Shown: in pieces, positions 47,782-58,246 of the stretch | How the letters are laid out: the number at the start of each line of letters is the position of its first letter | Numbering within the stretch: position 1 is the stretch's first letter | Assembly (NCBI GenBank): GCA_048884785.1 | Contig: JBHLQM010000009.1 | Span: 1 to 64,000, forward strand | Source of the DNA: Candidatus Thorarchaeota archaeon | GTDB taxonomy: Archaea; Asgardarchaeota; Thorarchaeia; Thorarchaeales; Thorarchaeaceae | DNA: 64,000 bases | Direction of reading: 5' to 3' | The notes under the pieces: generated by a model | What the model was told of the DNA's origin: nothing | Seen by the model: the letters and a program-made list of their open reading frames with translations, nothing else | Database searches by the model: none | Made by a program: the position numbers and the translations under genes

Positions 47782-48381
47782 GTGGATGTGATGAATATGG
47801 GAGGCTATGAAGTCGAGGTCAAAATCCCGCTGGTTAATGTCAAGAATATAGAAACAGCTCTTCTCAAATTAGGTGCAACAAAAACCAATACAGAAACACA
47901 TGTTGATGTGTACTTCAATCATCCATCAAGGAATTTTGGGGAAACTGACGAGGCCTTGAGGATTCGGAATAGGAGTAATATTGTTGTATATACGGACTCT
48001 TCTTCAAACCTAGGTAGTATCTCGGAAATTACGTACAAGGGTCCAAAAGTTGACAAGACCACAAAAACAAGGATTGAGATAGCTTTCGGAATAGACTCCT
48101 ATGAATCCGCCTCTTCGCTTCTCACGTACTTAGGATTTCAGGAAGCGGCCACAGTCACTAAGAATCGTACTTTCTTTCAGTTTGGTAACATCACGCTTAG
48201 CATAGATGACGTTGAGAGTGTCGGTACGTTCTTGGAGCTTGAGCAGATAGTGACCTCAAAGGATTTGATACCTGCAGCACGTGAAGCCATATTTGCCCTC
48301 CTCGAAGACCTTGGCCTTAGAAGAAAAGACTCTATTAGAGAATCATACCTGGAATTGATTCTGAGAAAGAAGCATCATTGA
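47782..48381 (+). CDS. cyaB: CYTH-domain protein (class IV adenylate cyclase-like)
   Basis: YEVEVK, DVYF, ALRIR, TYKGPK, G.FLELE, RESYLEL. Confidence 0.92.
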   Translation: MDVMNMGGYEVEVKIPLVNVKNIETALLKLGATKTNTETHVDVYFNHPSRNFGETDEALRIRNRSNIVVYTDSSSNLGSISEITYKGPKVDKTTKTRIEIAFGIDSYESASSLLTYLGFQEAATVTKNRTFFQFGNITLSIDDVESVGTFLELEQIVTSKDLIPAAREAIFALLEDLGLRRKDSIRESYLELILRKKHH

Positions 48382-48962
48382 ATCTCGTTGAATTCCTTCT
48401 TTAGTTTCTCAACATAATCTGCAAGCAGCGAATGTTTCTCCTCTGCCACCTCTCTCGCCTTTTTGGTATACAACATGTCCTTTAGTTTCAGTAATTTCTC
48501 ATCTGCATGTGTCAAAAAACCAGCAATACCCCTTCCAGATACAGTTGCCTGCGCAATTGCCCGAAAAACACCTATTGCCCCTATTGCATCGATCTTATCT
48601 GCATCACTCAGGATTTTTCCTTCCAATGAATCAGGCTCCAATCCCTCACTGAACCTATGAGTTCTTATTGCCAATATGACCTCCCTGACTTCCGATTCAG
48701 AATAGCCAATCTCTGACAGGAATTTCAGGCTCATTTTTCCTGAAAGTATTGAGTGTGATTCACCAGTCTTCTCTTCTTGAGGTCTTCCAATGTCATGTAG
48801 AAGTGCCGCTGCTCCAAGAACTCGCTGATTTGCGTTTTCCGCGTTTCCGATAGCTGTGGCAATAGCAAAGACGCGTCTTGTATGGTCATATGTATGAGCA
48901 CCATTTCCCTCTTCCTCCAATGCTTTCCTCGCAAATGTATCAATTTCCTTCTCTGGGAACAA
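48375..48962 (-). CDS. HD-domain metal-dependent phosphohydrolase
   Basis: H...HT.RV, ALLHDIGR, H...., DADKIDAIGA.G. Confidence 0.93.
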   Translation of the reverse strand: MFPEKEIDTFARKALEEEGNGAHTYDHTRRVFAIATAIGNAENANQRVLGAAALLHDIGRPQEEKTGESHSILSGKMSLKFLSEIGYSESEVREVILAIRTHRFSEGLEPDSLEGKILSDADKIDAIGAIGVFRAIAQATVSGRGIAGFLTHADEKLLKLKDMLYTKKAREVAEEKHSLLADYVEKLKKEFNEIQ

Positions 48963-49151
48963 AGCTGTCTACCTCCTTTCGCCTATGACGCTCACAAGTC
49001 ATTGTCCATAAATCGTCAAGTCCATGCAAATATGTCTTGTACCTATGCTAGAAACGCTTTAAACACTACAACGCATTTTGTTTTTTGCTATCGAGTTGCA
49101 CGCTCTATTTAACTTGATATGCGCCACAAATGGCAATAAGAGGAATAGCGT

Positions 49152-52100
49152 TTGAGTGCCACTCCAACACCAACAACAGCCAAACGTAAGATTGGTTTTA
49201 TGACACTACTTAGTTCAGTCTTTATTATTGCCATGATCGTCTGGGGCACGTACACCATAATTTTGATACAGGCTGGAGAAGTCAGGCAGCAGACTCCTCA
49301 CACAAATCTCGATGATGTCCCACCTTGGATTTATGATTTGAACTGGAATGGCGGAAGAAGCAATTGGTTTGATAACATCAATTATACAGATCTTCCACTA
49401 GACCAGATGCTTCCGGAAGACCTACTTGCACAGATGAATAACACACTATTTGTGGTTGAACCCGCAGACCCTGCGCAACTGTGGAGAAGTAGCGCATATG
49501 ACTCGTATGATGGATCTGGGTGGAGTAAGACCCTAATTGGAAGTACTCCTCTAGCGGCCACACCCAGAGCTCAAGCGATTAATGAGATATACACAATCAG
49601 CATGAATGTTACAGTCAGTCCAAATATTGAGCCAATCGAACTACCATCGCTCTTTCCCAATATTAGAGTCATAGAGAATTCGTTCCGAACATTTCCTGCA
49701 GGGCGGCTTATTGACTATGAGCTTGAAACAGATCAATACGACACGTTACTCTTCAGTCCATTTCTCTCTGGCTCCCTTGATGAAACCATCCTGATTAGCT
49801 ATGATATCACGTATGATACTCAGGATGTGAATCATATAGAAACGCATGCGCGCTCTGGGGACTTTGCCGATGCCGAGATTCAACGAATCTATGGCGATGT
49901 CGGAGTGACGCTCTCGCAGACAGTCATTGATGAAATCACTCCCTTCGAAACAGTTGGTAATACTGCCTATGAAAAAGCAATGGCTGTTGATGTCTTTTTC
50001 AGGAATAACTATCAGCTTCTAATAGATAGCGAGAATATTACTCAGCGTCCGCAAGGCCAAGAGTTGACGGAATGGTTCATTGAACGAGGTGGGGGCTTAC
50101 CAATGGACTTCGCCACAGCATACTGCGTCTTCATGCGCTATCTGGGGATTCCTGCTCGTATGACTCTAGGATATGCTATAGGTGAACCCGATCCTGACGG
50201 GGGCGATTTTCGTTTAGTTCAAGTAAAACACATGATGTTCTGGGCAGAGGTCTATATCCCTCAGGACGACGGGCCAGGGCAGTGGATTCAGGTGATTCCG
50301 CTACCGTTGCCTCCTGGTTTTGGTGGTGGCGCACTACCCGAAAACTTCGATGAGGCTGATGTGAGTCTCTTGGTGTTTACTCAACCTTGGGTTGAGATAG
50401 GGACGGACTTCAACATCTATGCTATTCTCTACGTGAATGGGGTTCCTGTAAACACCCCGGAGAATATCCGATTCTACGATTTGACCGAAGGTGTAGATAT
50501 TGGAATAGCTACAATAGAGCCCGCTCTCATTCCATTCGCAAATATCACACACCAATTTCCACCAGGTTCGTCAGTGGGAGCACACAATATTTCCGCGATG
50601 TGGGTTTCATCAACATTTCTTATTGCCAACTATACGTCCATTATTGCTGTTGGTCAGTCGAATCCTTTTCAAGCCCCTCCTTCGCAAACTTCTACGAGTT
50701 TTATTCCAAGTGAGATTATTGACATAAACATCAGCCTTGCACTGGATACCTATGTTGCCCATTGGAATGATACTCTACGGGTTCATGGTGTGATGCGCAT
50801 TTCGGGCGTTCCAGCAAATGGAACTGAGCTTGGCTTACTAGGTAACAATCAGATGTGGATTATGTGGGATGGATTGTGGTATGGAAATGCTACCATTGGT
50901 GATGATGGATACTATGAATTAGACATCATTGTGGATGGAACAGACATCATACGAATGACCCTAGAGCAACATAATGTATCTGCATTCTTTGCTGGAATAT
51001 ACGATAAGCAAACAGGTTTTCCTATTGTGTTTCCTGGCCAATCGGCTAATTCGGTAGTGACTCTTCGGGGGTCGCCTGGATTCTATTTGACGGTAGCCCC
51101 TATCAATACCTATGGGGGAGGTAGTATAACATACGAAGGCATTGCGTACCTTTTCAATGGGACTCCATTGGTCGGTGAAACAATTGGAATACTCTTCGAT
51201 GGATCGATAATTGACACCGCTATAACAAATGCCACTGGTGGGTTCAACTATGTATACAATATTCCACTACTTCATCCATCTGGTGTATTTGATGCCGCTG
51301 TTAACTGGACCTCGACATATCCCCAGATTGACGGTGCAACAAGCAGTCCAATAGCAATCACAATTCAAAGTGGAAGCACAACACTGACCATTGACTCCAC
51401 TCCAAAGGATCCCTATCCTGTCCATATCTATGAAACAATTACAATCTTTGGGACACTCACAGTGTCTTCAGACGGAACCCCACTTATTGGAAGAACAATT
51501 GAAATCTGGTGGGATTGGAATAACGGAACGGTACAACTCATCGGTACAAATACAACAATTGCTGGCGGATTTTATGAGTTCTCCTATAATATTCCTGCGG
51601 GATCAGAAGGAACCTCGACATACTGGACCGAATGGGACGCATCTGCTGAACCTAATTATCAAGATGGAATCTCATCTACAATGGATATCGTCGTCAAAAG
51701 GTATGATATTATAGTTATTATTGACACAATACAGAGTTCTGTGGTTGTGGGTGAAGAACTGGACATCCAAGGATTCGTCTATCTTCCTGAAATTCCGGCT
51801 GTACTGGGTGGTGCTCATCTAACTCTTTGGTGGCAAAATGGAACTGGAACTCACAATATCACTGGAGTGTATACCAGTGTTGCAACAGGCATATACACAT
51901 TCAATTATACAGTCCCTGTAACACACGAACTGGCTGGCGTACAACTATGGGCTGAGTATATTTCCGAGTCCCCAATGCTTAGCAGCAACATATCACTCTC
52001 TCTTGGAGTTGTAGTACGAAACTATTACTCCTATATCTCAATTCTATCAAACACATCTATCGTGCACCTAAACGAGTCTGTTTTAATCTATGGGTTTCTT

Positions 52101-55100
52101 CAACATGAAAATGGAACGCCTCTTGCTGGACTTGACGTTGATATACAATGGAACAATGGAACATCCTATTGGTTCCAGGTTGTCACGAATAGCAGTGGCT
52201 GGTATGAATTCTTGTATAACTGTTCCCCATCAACTGATAGTGAAGGAATTGTTACAGTAAGTGCATATCATACTTCTATAGATCCTAGCTATAGTAGTTC
52301 AAGTGCAAGTTTGAGTCCCGCTCTCACCCTACAACTCTATCAGTTGACATTGGATGCAGACGTTGTTTCTAACAATGTTCACTTAGATGAAGTGATACAA
52401 TTCTCTGGAACACTGACACTTGATGTGACAGGCACACCCATTGCTGGCGCTACAATTGTTGTCTATTATCAAAACAGCACTGGCACATACACATTTCCAA
52501 AAGTCACTGATTTTGCTGGAGGTTTCTTTTTCCAGTACAACTGCTCGCTGAATGATGCACTTGGTGCCGTTTATGTCTGGGCTCAATACACGAGTCTTAA
52601 CCCTCTATGGGACAATGCAATCTCATTGAATCGGACTGTCAACCTAATTCTCTACTCTATGACGCTGACAACAAATACTGATAGTGTATCCTATTTCATT
52701 GATGATACAGTATACATCTGGGGCCAATTGACCTATACACACAACTCAACGCCTCTTCCGGGGCAATTAATCCAAATATACTGGTATAATGGGTCAATAA
52801 TCCCTCTGGGTTCATTTTCTACAAATTCGAGTGGCTATTTCGAATATTTCTACACCCTGCAACCAGGAAAGGATTCAGAAGGTTTTGTTACAGTCTGGGC
52901 GACATTCGCAACGTCGGTACCCCTATGGGATGATGCCGATTCAACTCCCGGAACAACATTTTCAGTTAACAAGTATGCAGTGATTATTGACGTTACAGTT
53001 GTCCCGAATCTTCAGTATCTGAACCGAAGCATAACCATACAGGCTCATATTTACTTCAGTCACAACGCAACCAATATTGCTGGTGCATCATTATCTCTCT
53101 GGTGGCAGAATGCTAGCATATACCTGCTTTCAACTGGTTTTAGTGATGGTTCCGGTAATTACCAATTCATATACTCTGGAATGGATGATGACACGTTCTT
53201 GACAGGTATTCAGATTTTTGCCAACTACTCAGGGTCTGCATACCTCCAAAACGCACAGTCATCTCCACAGAGTCTTACACTTCAGCGGTGGCTGACTCTA
53301 ATCACTGGATTTGATACAGGTGGTGTCACTACTTTTCTGCTTACTGACACTCTGGTTGTTACGGGAACCCTGTTCTATGACCTCACAGGGCCAGATGTTC
53401 CATATGGTGGAGCCATTGTTCAAATCCTTGTAGATGGCTCTGTTGTTAATACAACGACCACCGCATCGGATGGTACCTTCATAGGATATTGGGAGATTCC
53501 TGACATAACGCCTGTAGGAAATTATGACATTTCAGTGCGCCACTTATCAAGTGTCAACTGGATTGCTGATTATACCTCCTCACCCATATCAATCTCCATT
53601 CAGGCAATTACTATCATATGGATTTTTGAAGCGAACCCTACTATCGTTTATAGAAGCGAATGGCTGAATATCTCGGGGATTTTGAGTCTTAGTAATGGCA
53701 GTCCATATGCAGGAGCTTCGGTACAACTCTACTGGCTGAACACAATAACAGCAACTGGTCAAATTCTCCTTGACACTGTTTCAACTGATGCAGGTGGAAG
53801 ATTTGAGTATTGGTATCTTCTTAGCGACACTGAAGATCTAGGACCTACGCAGATCTGGGCAGAGTGCTCATCTGGTGTTCCTATAATAGGTGCGGGAATG
53901 TCCTCAGTAGAGCTCATAGATGTCATGCAGATTCCTGTGAACCTGACTGGAGGTGGTAGCCATACTCTAATCTATCTGGGAGATACAATTACCTTTAGTG
54001 GTACACTAACATTTGGTAATGGAACTCCAATGGTTGGCTACGGTGTTGAAGTCATCTGGGATGGTATCACCTTGGTAACCATTACTATCACAGACGGGAT
54101 TTCAGGTTCGTTCTCATATGATTATTATTTGGACTATGATGAGCCCGTGCGAACACTCACATACTACATTCAATTTGCGAAACCTTCAGAAGCCTATTCG
54201 GATGCACAGACTGCAAGTCAAGACCTTGAGATTCGCGACCTTATAACAATCGCAATTGATTCTCAGACAGTATTCTCTATTATTCGAGGTGATACACTTC
54301 AGGTCACTGGCTTAGTAGCAAATTCCGGTGGACCTGATGTTGGGGTTCCACTTGAGCTTTTGCTAAATGGTGGTCAAGCAGGCATCTATGCTATCAGCGA
54401 TACATTTGGTGAGTTTTCTTTTAATTTCCAGATTCGAAGGACTTACTCTCCCGGAATATACAATATCAGTGTGGGAGTGAACTCCCTGAACTATGATGTT
54501 ACTGGATCTTCGGGTTACTGGATTATTCAATTGAATATAACCTCAGAAATTAGTGTTACATTTCTCAATCCATCTGACATCATGCCTGGTGAAACCTTTA
54601 CGATATCGTTTACGATTCTCGACGATGACGGGAACACACCAGTAGGAGAACAAGTATCCATCTATCTATTGGAAGAAAATGCCGGAGGTCCCAGCCCCGT
54701 TCTAATTGCTATTGTTGATATTCTTCCTGCAGGGCAGAATATCCATACGCTGACAATCAGTCTTGGTTCTTGGACAGGGAATGGCCTTTATTTTGCAGAG
54801 GTCAGATATTCAGGAAGCCAATTTGTTGTTGGTTCCTCAGATTCTACTTCACAGAGTATTCATGTTTTTGCAGATGCTGGATTCGTCAACTTAGGGCCCG
54901 GCATTGCTGTTCCGGCTCAACCAATCACTCTGACTGGCAATCTACTGGATTTAGAAGGAATTCCAATAAAGAATAGATCGATAACGCTTACATTGAATGA
55001 TTCGAGTGTTGTTACGCTAACAACCGGAACGGATGGTTCATTTCGTTATGACCTACCAGTAACCTATAGCGGTGAAGCAACATACACATATCGATGCCTA

Positions 55101-55334
55101 TTTCTAAAGGCCGATGGTTCACGCGTAGAGGCAACACATACATTTCCAATAACTTCTGGGTTTGGTCCAGGCTTCAGCACAGCTTTGTTAATTACATGGG
55201 CTGTAATTATAGCAATTGAGGCAATGGCAGCAATGCTAATTGTTGCACGATTTAGATATGGAAAAGGGTTTGGACTAGGTAGACTAGGTTTCCGAGCTCG
55301 CGCAACAGAAATACATGATTCATTAGTAGGGTGA
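49152..55334 (+). CDS. giant surface protein: transglutaminase-like domain plus ~15 Ig-like repeats, TM segments at both ends
   Basis: WRSSAYDSYDG.GW, DFATA...MR.LGIPAR...GY, WAEVY. ~110-aa repeats with G.L....G.P..G..V.I.W...T...G.F.F.Y; many sequons. Confidence 0.88.
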   Translation: MSATPTPTTAKRKIGFMTLLSSVFIIAMIVWGTYTIILIQAGEVRQQTPHTNLDDVPPWIYDLNWNGGRSNWFDNINYTDLPLDQMLPEDLLAQMNNTLFVVEPADPAQLWRSSAYDSYDGSGWSKTLIGSTPLAATPRAQAINEIYTISMNVTVSPNIEPIELPSLFPNIRVIENSFRTFPAGRLIDYELETDQYDTLLFSPFLSGSLDETILISYDITYDTQDVNHIETHARSGDFADAEIQRIYGDVGVTLSQTVIDEITPFETVGNTAYEKAMAVDVFFRNNYQLLIDSENITQRPQGQELTEWFIERGGGLPMDFATAYCVFMRYLGIPARMTLGYAIGEPDPDGGDFRLVQVKHMMFWAEVYIPQDDGPGQWIQVIPLPLPPGFGGGALPENFDEADVSLLVFTQPWVEIGTDFNIYAILYVNGVPVNTPENIRFYDLTEGVDIGIATIEPALIPFANITHQFPPGSSVGAHNISAMWVSSTFLIANYTSIIAVGQSNPFQAPPSQTSTSFIPSEIIDINISLALDTYVAHWNDTLRVHGVMRISGVPANGTELGLLGNNQMWIMWDGLWYGNATIGDDGYYELDIIVDGTDIIRMTLEQHNVSAFFAGIYDKQTGFPIVFPGQSANSVVTLRGSPGFYLTVAPINTYGGGSITYEGIAYLFNGTPLVGETIGILFDGSIIDTAITNATGGFNYVYNIPLLHPSGVFDAAVNWTSTYPQIDGATSSPIAITIQSGSTTLTIDSTPKDPYPVHIYETITIFGTLTVSSDGTPLIGRTIEIWWDWNNGTVQLIGTNTTIAGGFYEFSYNIPAGSEGTSTYWTEWDASAEPNYQDGISSTMDIVVKRYDIIVIIDTIQSSVVVGEELDIQGFVYLPEIPAVLGGAHLTLWWQNGTGTHNITGVYTSVATGIYTFNYTVPVTHELAGVQLWAEYISESPMLSSNISLSLGVVVRNYYSYISILSNTSIVHLNESVLIYGFLQHENGTPLAGLDVDIQWNNGTSYWFQVVTNSSGWYEFLYNCSPSTDSEGIVTVSAYHTSIDPSYSSSSASLSPALTLQLYQLTLDADVVSNNVHLDEVIQFSGTLTLDVTGTPIAGATIVVYYQNSTGTYTFPKVTDFAGGFFFQYNCSLNDALGAVYVWAQYTSLNPLWDNAISLNRTVNLILYSMTLTTNTDSVSYFIDDTVYIWGQLTYTHNSTPLPGQLIQIYWYNGSIIPLGSFSTNSSGYFEYFYTLQPGKDSEGFVTVWATFATSVPLWDDADSTPGTTFSVNKYAVIIDVTVVPNLQYLNRSITIQAHIYFSHNATNIAGASLSLWWQNASIYLLSTGFSDGSGNYQFIYSGMDDDTFLTGIQIFANYSGSAYLQNAQSSPQSLTLQRWLTLITGFDTGGVTTFLLTDTLVVTGTLFYDLTGPDVPYGGAIVQILVDGSVVNTTTTASDGTFIGYWEIPDITPVGNYDISVRHLSSVNWIADYTSSPISISIQAITIIWIFEANPTIVYRSEWLNISGILSLSNGSPYAGASVQLYWLNTITATGQILLDTVSTDAGGRFEYWYLLSDTEDLGPTQIWAECSSGVPIIGAGMSSVELIDVMQIPVNLTGGGSHTLIYLGDTITFSGTLTFGNGTPMVGYGVEVIWDGITLVTITITDGISGSFSYDYYLDYDEPVRTLTYYIQFAKPSEAYSDAQTASQDLEIRDLITIAIDSQTVFSIIRGDTLQVTGLVANSGGPDVGVPLELLLNGGQAGIYAISDTFGEFSFNFQIRRTYSPGIYNISVGVNSLNYDVTGSSGYWIIQLNITSEISVTFLNPSDIMPGETFTISFTILDDDGNTPVGEQVSIYLLEENAGGPSPVLIAIVDILPAGQNIHTLTISLGSWTGNGLYFAEVRYSGSQFVVGSSDSTSQSIHVFADAGFVNLGPGIAVPAQPITLTGNLLDLEGIPIKNRSITLTLNDSSVVTLTTGTDGSFRYDLPVTYSGEATYTYRCLFLKADGSRVEATHTFPITSGFGPGFSTALLITWAVIIAIEAMAAMLIVARFRYGKGFGLGRLGFRARATEIHDSLVG

Positions 55335-55798
55335 TAAGAATGCAGATTGACATCAACATCATAATGCCAATTGTTGCACTCTCAGGTGCTGTGATTGTGG
55401 TACTCCTATACCTCTACTTTGTCAAAGGCATGTTTAAGGGTACAATCAGGACTGTTGCATCTGTAGACATCCCTGGCAAGCTAAGAAACATCAAGAAGCT
55501 TGCAGATGCAGGTAAATATGATGCGGCAATAACATTGGCTTTCCGCACCTTTGAGCAGATGTGCGGGATGAAAATTGGGTCGGAAAGAATGTCCTCTGAA
55601 ACAGCAAGGGAGTACATAGAGAGAGTTCTCAAAGTAATACCTCTTGATGCAGAATCAGTTGAAGAATTCGTCAGAGCCTATGAAGAAGCCAGATTCTCAG
55701 GTCATGATATCTCTCGAGATCGATACGAGCTGGCCATCAAGGTCTTCACTGACATTTATCCGCGCATAGAAGGTGCAACACCAATAAGGGCTGAGTGA
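55331..55798 (+). CDS. DUF4129-like membrane-anchored protein
   Basis: N-terminal TM; SETAREY...YEEARFS.H. Confidence 0.8.
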   Translation: MIRMQIDINIIMPIVALSGAVIVVLLYLYFVKGMFKGTIRTVASVDIPGKLRNIKKLADAGKYDAAITLAFRTFEQMCGMKIGSERMSSETAREYIERVLKVIPLDAESVEEFVRAYEEARFSGHDISRDRYELAIKVFTDIYPRIEGATPIRAE

Positions 55799-57219
55799 AG
55801 AAGGGATACCGAGGAGCGATATCAATGGGATGGAAGGAAGCCTTGCAGATTGGGATTTTTGTTTTAGCATGGCTCCCAATTGGTTTCTTAGCCGGAGTTA
55901 CAGTCTTTGGCAATCCTCCCAATCTCTATGACAATATGGATTTTTCAATCTATAATACCAACTGGAACGGATGCAGTAATTTCAGGATTCAGATCGAGCA
56001 AGATGGATTCAGTACATTATCTATTCAATCAACTATGAGTGTTATCACCCGATACAATGGGAGTGCAGTTCTCTTTATTATGGGCCCTGTAAAAGACTTC
56101 ACTTTTGATATACTTACGATTTTCCAGCATCTCATCGCTGGGGGTACAGTTGTAATAGCAGATGACTTTGGAACTGCAAATAGCTCGCTGTATTTGCTTA
56201 ATTCCTACTTATTTAATCAGACAGGAGCAGCAAGTTTTCTAAGTGCCTTAGGAGTAACTGGATTTCTCTCATTCACAAAGGGTGTGGTCATGGATCTTGA
56301 TTCCTACTACCTAAGCCCAAGGTTGCCAATAATACGTGATTTCCACCCTTATCATCCAATCACTTCTGGCGTTTCTGAGTTGTATCTAAACAATGCATCT
56401 GCGATTACCCCAACATGTGCACTTGGAGCTGCAGGAATAGCTTGGACAACAAATAGGGCGTGGAGTGAAACTGATGTAGATAATGCCACGCCAAGTCCAG
56501 ACCTAAACGAATGGGCTGGAACCTTGCCAATAATAGGAGCTCTCGACTTATCGCTTATTTGGGCTGGCGCAGGAAAGCTAGTGGCAATTTCAGATCCTAG
56601 CATATTCATAAACGATATGTGGGATGAGTTTGATGGCAATCGACGCCTGGGTAGGAATTTAGTCAACTGGATAACTGATGGAAATCCTGAGATTCCGATT
56701 ATCTTTAGTGAGGAAACACTTGCAACGCCTATTATTTCTGGAGAGTTCTTCTTTGGAAGTTTTATGGGACGAATGCTCTGGGCAAGCACGAATGTCTTCC
56801 TAGCCCCAATTTATCCCCTAATGACAGCAGTGGGATTGAAGAAATACCTCCCAGATATGAAGAAGCCTGAGATGAAGAGTGTTTCAGAGGTCTTCATGAG
56901 AAGAGGACAGACCTACTTTAGCGAACGAATGACTTACTATAGAACTGAAGGAAACTATGCACGAGTTGTAAAGATGCTATATCGAAAACTACGTCGATCA
57001 CTCACCAAAAAATACCAGTGGAGTGAGTACAATAAGAAGAAGGTCTGGGACCTAATTCAGTATAGAGATCCTTCAATAAAAGAGGGGGCTTTCTTCAAGA
57101 CAATAGATAGGATTGAAGAAATCTCCTCGAGACAGAATGTTAGAATAAGAGAGAGCGAAATGATGAAGCTCTTCTTTTGGATGAGGAACATCCAAGATAA
57201 ACTAATTGAAGCGAAATGA
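55795..57219 (+). CDS. DUF4350-like membrane protein
   Basis: FSIYNTNWNG.S.F, GGTVVIADDFGTANS, G.GKLVAISDPSIFIN.M. Confidence 0.8.
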   Translation: MKKGYRGAISMGWKEALQIGIFVLAWLPIGFLAGVTVFGNPPNLYDNMDFSIYNTNWNGCSNFRIQIEQDGFSTLSIQSTMSVITRYNGSAVLFIMGPVKDFTFDILTIFQHLIAGGTVVIADDFGTANSSLYLLNSYLFNQTGAASFLSALGVTGFLSFTKGVVMDLDSYYLSPRLPIIRDFHPYHPITSGVSELYLNNASAITPTCALGAAGIAWTTNRAWSETDVDNATPSPDLNEWAGTLPIIGALDLSLIWAGAGKLVAISDPSIFINDMWDEFDGNRRLGRNLVNWITDGNPEIPIIFSEETLATPIISGEFFFGSFMGRMLWASTNVFLAPIYPLMTAVGLKKYLPDMKKPEMKSVSEVFMRRGQTYFSERMTYYRTEGNYARVVKMLYRKLRRSLTKKYQWSEYNKKKVWDLIQYRDPSIKEGAFFKTIDRIEEISSRQNVRIRESEMMKLFFWMRNIQDKLIEAK

Positions 57220-57234
57220 GGTGGAACAGAATAA

Positions 57235-58218
57235 ATGACAGAAGCAACCGGCCCCAATGAAGAAATCCTTGGTCCACCCATGACCATTTCGGAGGTGCAT
57301 GATCTCACATCTGAGATTCTTCGCGAGTGTGGAAGAATAATTGTCGGCAAAATAGACATAATGCGCGACACGCTAATTGCTTTCCTCTCCAATGGTCATG
57401 TGGTTCTTGAGGGTGTGCCAGGTCTTGCGAAGACGTACATGGCTCGTACATTCGCGGCAGTCCTTGGATGCGCTTTCAAGAGGATTCAGCTAACGGTGGA
57501 CACTCTACCTGCTGATCTTTTGGGGAGCAACGTATTCAATCAGAAGACTGGCGAGTTCTGGTTTCGAAAAGGACCTGTGTTTTCCAATCTGGTTTTAGCC
57601 GATGAGATTAACAGATGTCCTCCAAAATCTCAAAGTGCACTGCTCGAAGTTATGGAGGAGCGCCAAGTATCAACCGAAGGTGTGACGCGAAAGCTACCTG
57701 AGCCTTTCCTAATCATCGCAACCCAGAACCCTGTTGAACAAGAGGGCACATATCCTCTACCAGAAGCACAGCTTGATAGATTCATGTTCAGATTGATATT
57801 GGACTATCCAACTGGCTCCGAAGAGGCGGAGGTTGTTCGCAGAAAACATCAAGGTGAAGCCAGTGACCTGCGTGTACTTGCAGATCCTGGAACAATGATG
57901 CGGATGCAAAATACGTGTAGGACTGTATTTGTGGACGAAGATATAATCAACTATATCCGTGATATAATTGTGAAGACTAGAAATGACCCTCAGATACTGC
58001 TAGGCGGCTCGCCCAGAGCATCACTTGTCCTAATGGGCGCTGCAAAGGCGAGAGCGGCAATGCATGGACGGGATTATGTAGTACCGGAAGATGTCCGAAG
58101 ACTTGCCGTGCAAGCTTTGAATCACCGTTTGATACTCAAACCAGAAGCAGAACTCGAAGGCCTTACTGTCGATCGAATTGTCAGTAAGGTTATGGGAGAG
58201 GTAGACTGTCCTCGATAG
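57235..58218 (+). CDS. moxR: MoxR family AAA+ ATPase
   Basis: GHVVLEGVPGLAKT, LADEINR.PPK.QSALLE.M.E, ATQNP.EQEGTYPLPEAQLDRF, SPRA. Confidence 0.97.
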   Translation: MTEATGPNEEILGPPMTISEVHDLTSEILRECGRIIVGKIDIMRDTLIAFLSNGHVVLEGVPGLAKTYMARTFAAVLGCAFKRIQLTVDTLPADLLGSNVFNQKTGEFWFRKGPVFSNLVLADEINRCPPKSQSALLEVMEERQVSTEGVTRKLPEPFLIIATQNPVEQEGTYPLPEAQLDRFMFRLILDYPTGSEEAEVVRRKHQGEASDLRVLADPGTMMRMQNTCRTVFVDEDIINYIRDIIVKTRNDPQILLGGSPRASLVLMGAAKARAAMHGRDYVVPEDVRRLAVQALNHRLILKPEAELEGLTVDRIVSKVMGEVDCPR

Positions 58219-58246
58219 AAGGCGTTCGGCACTGGAGAAGAGCTAG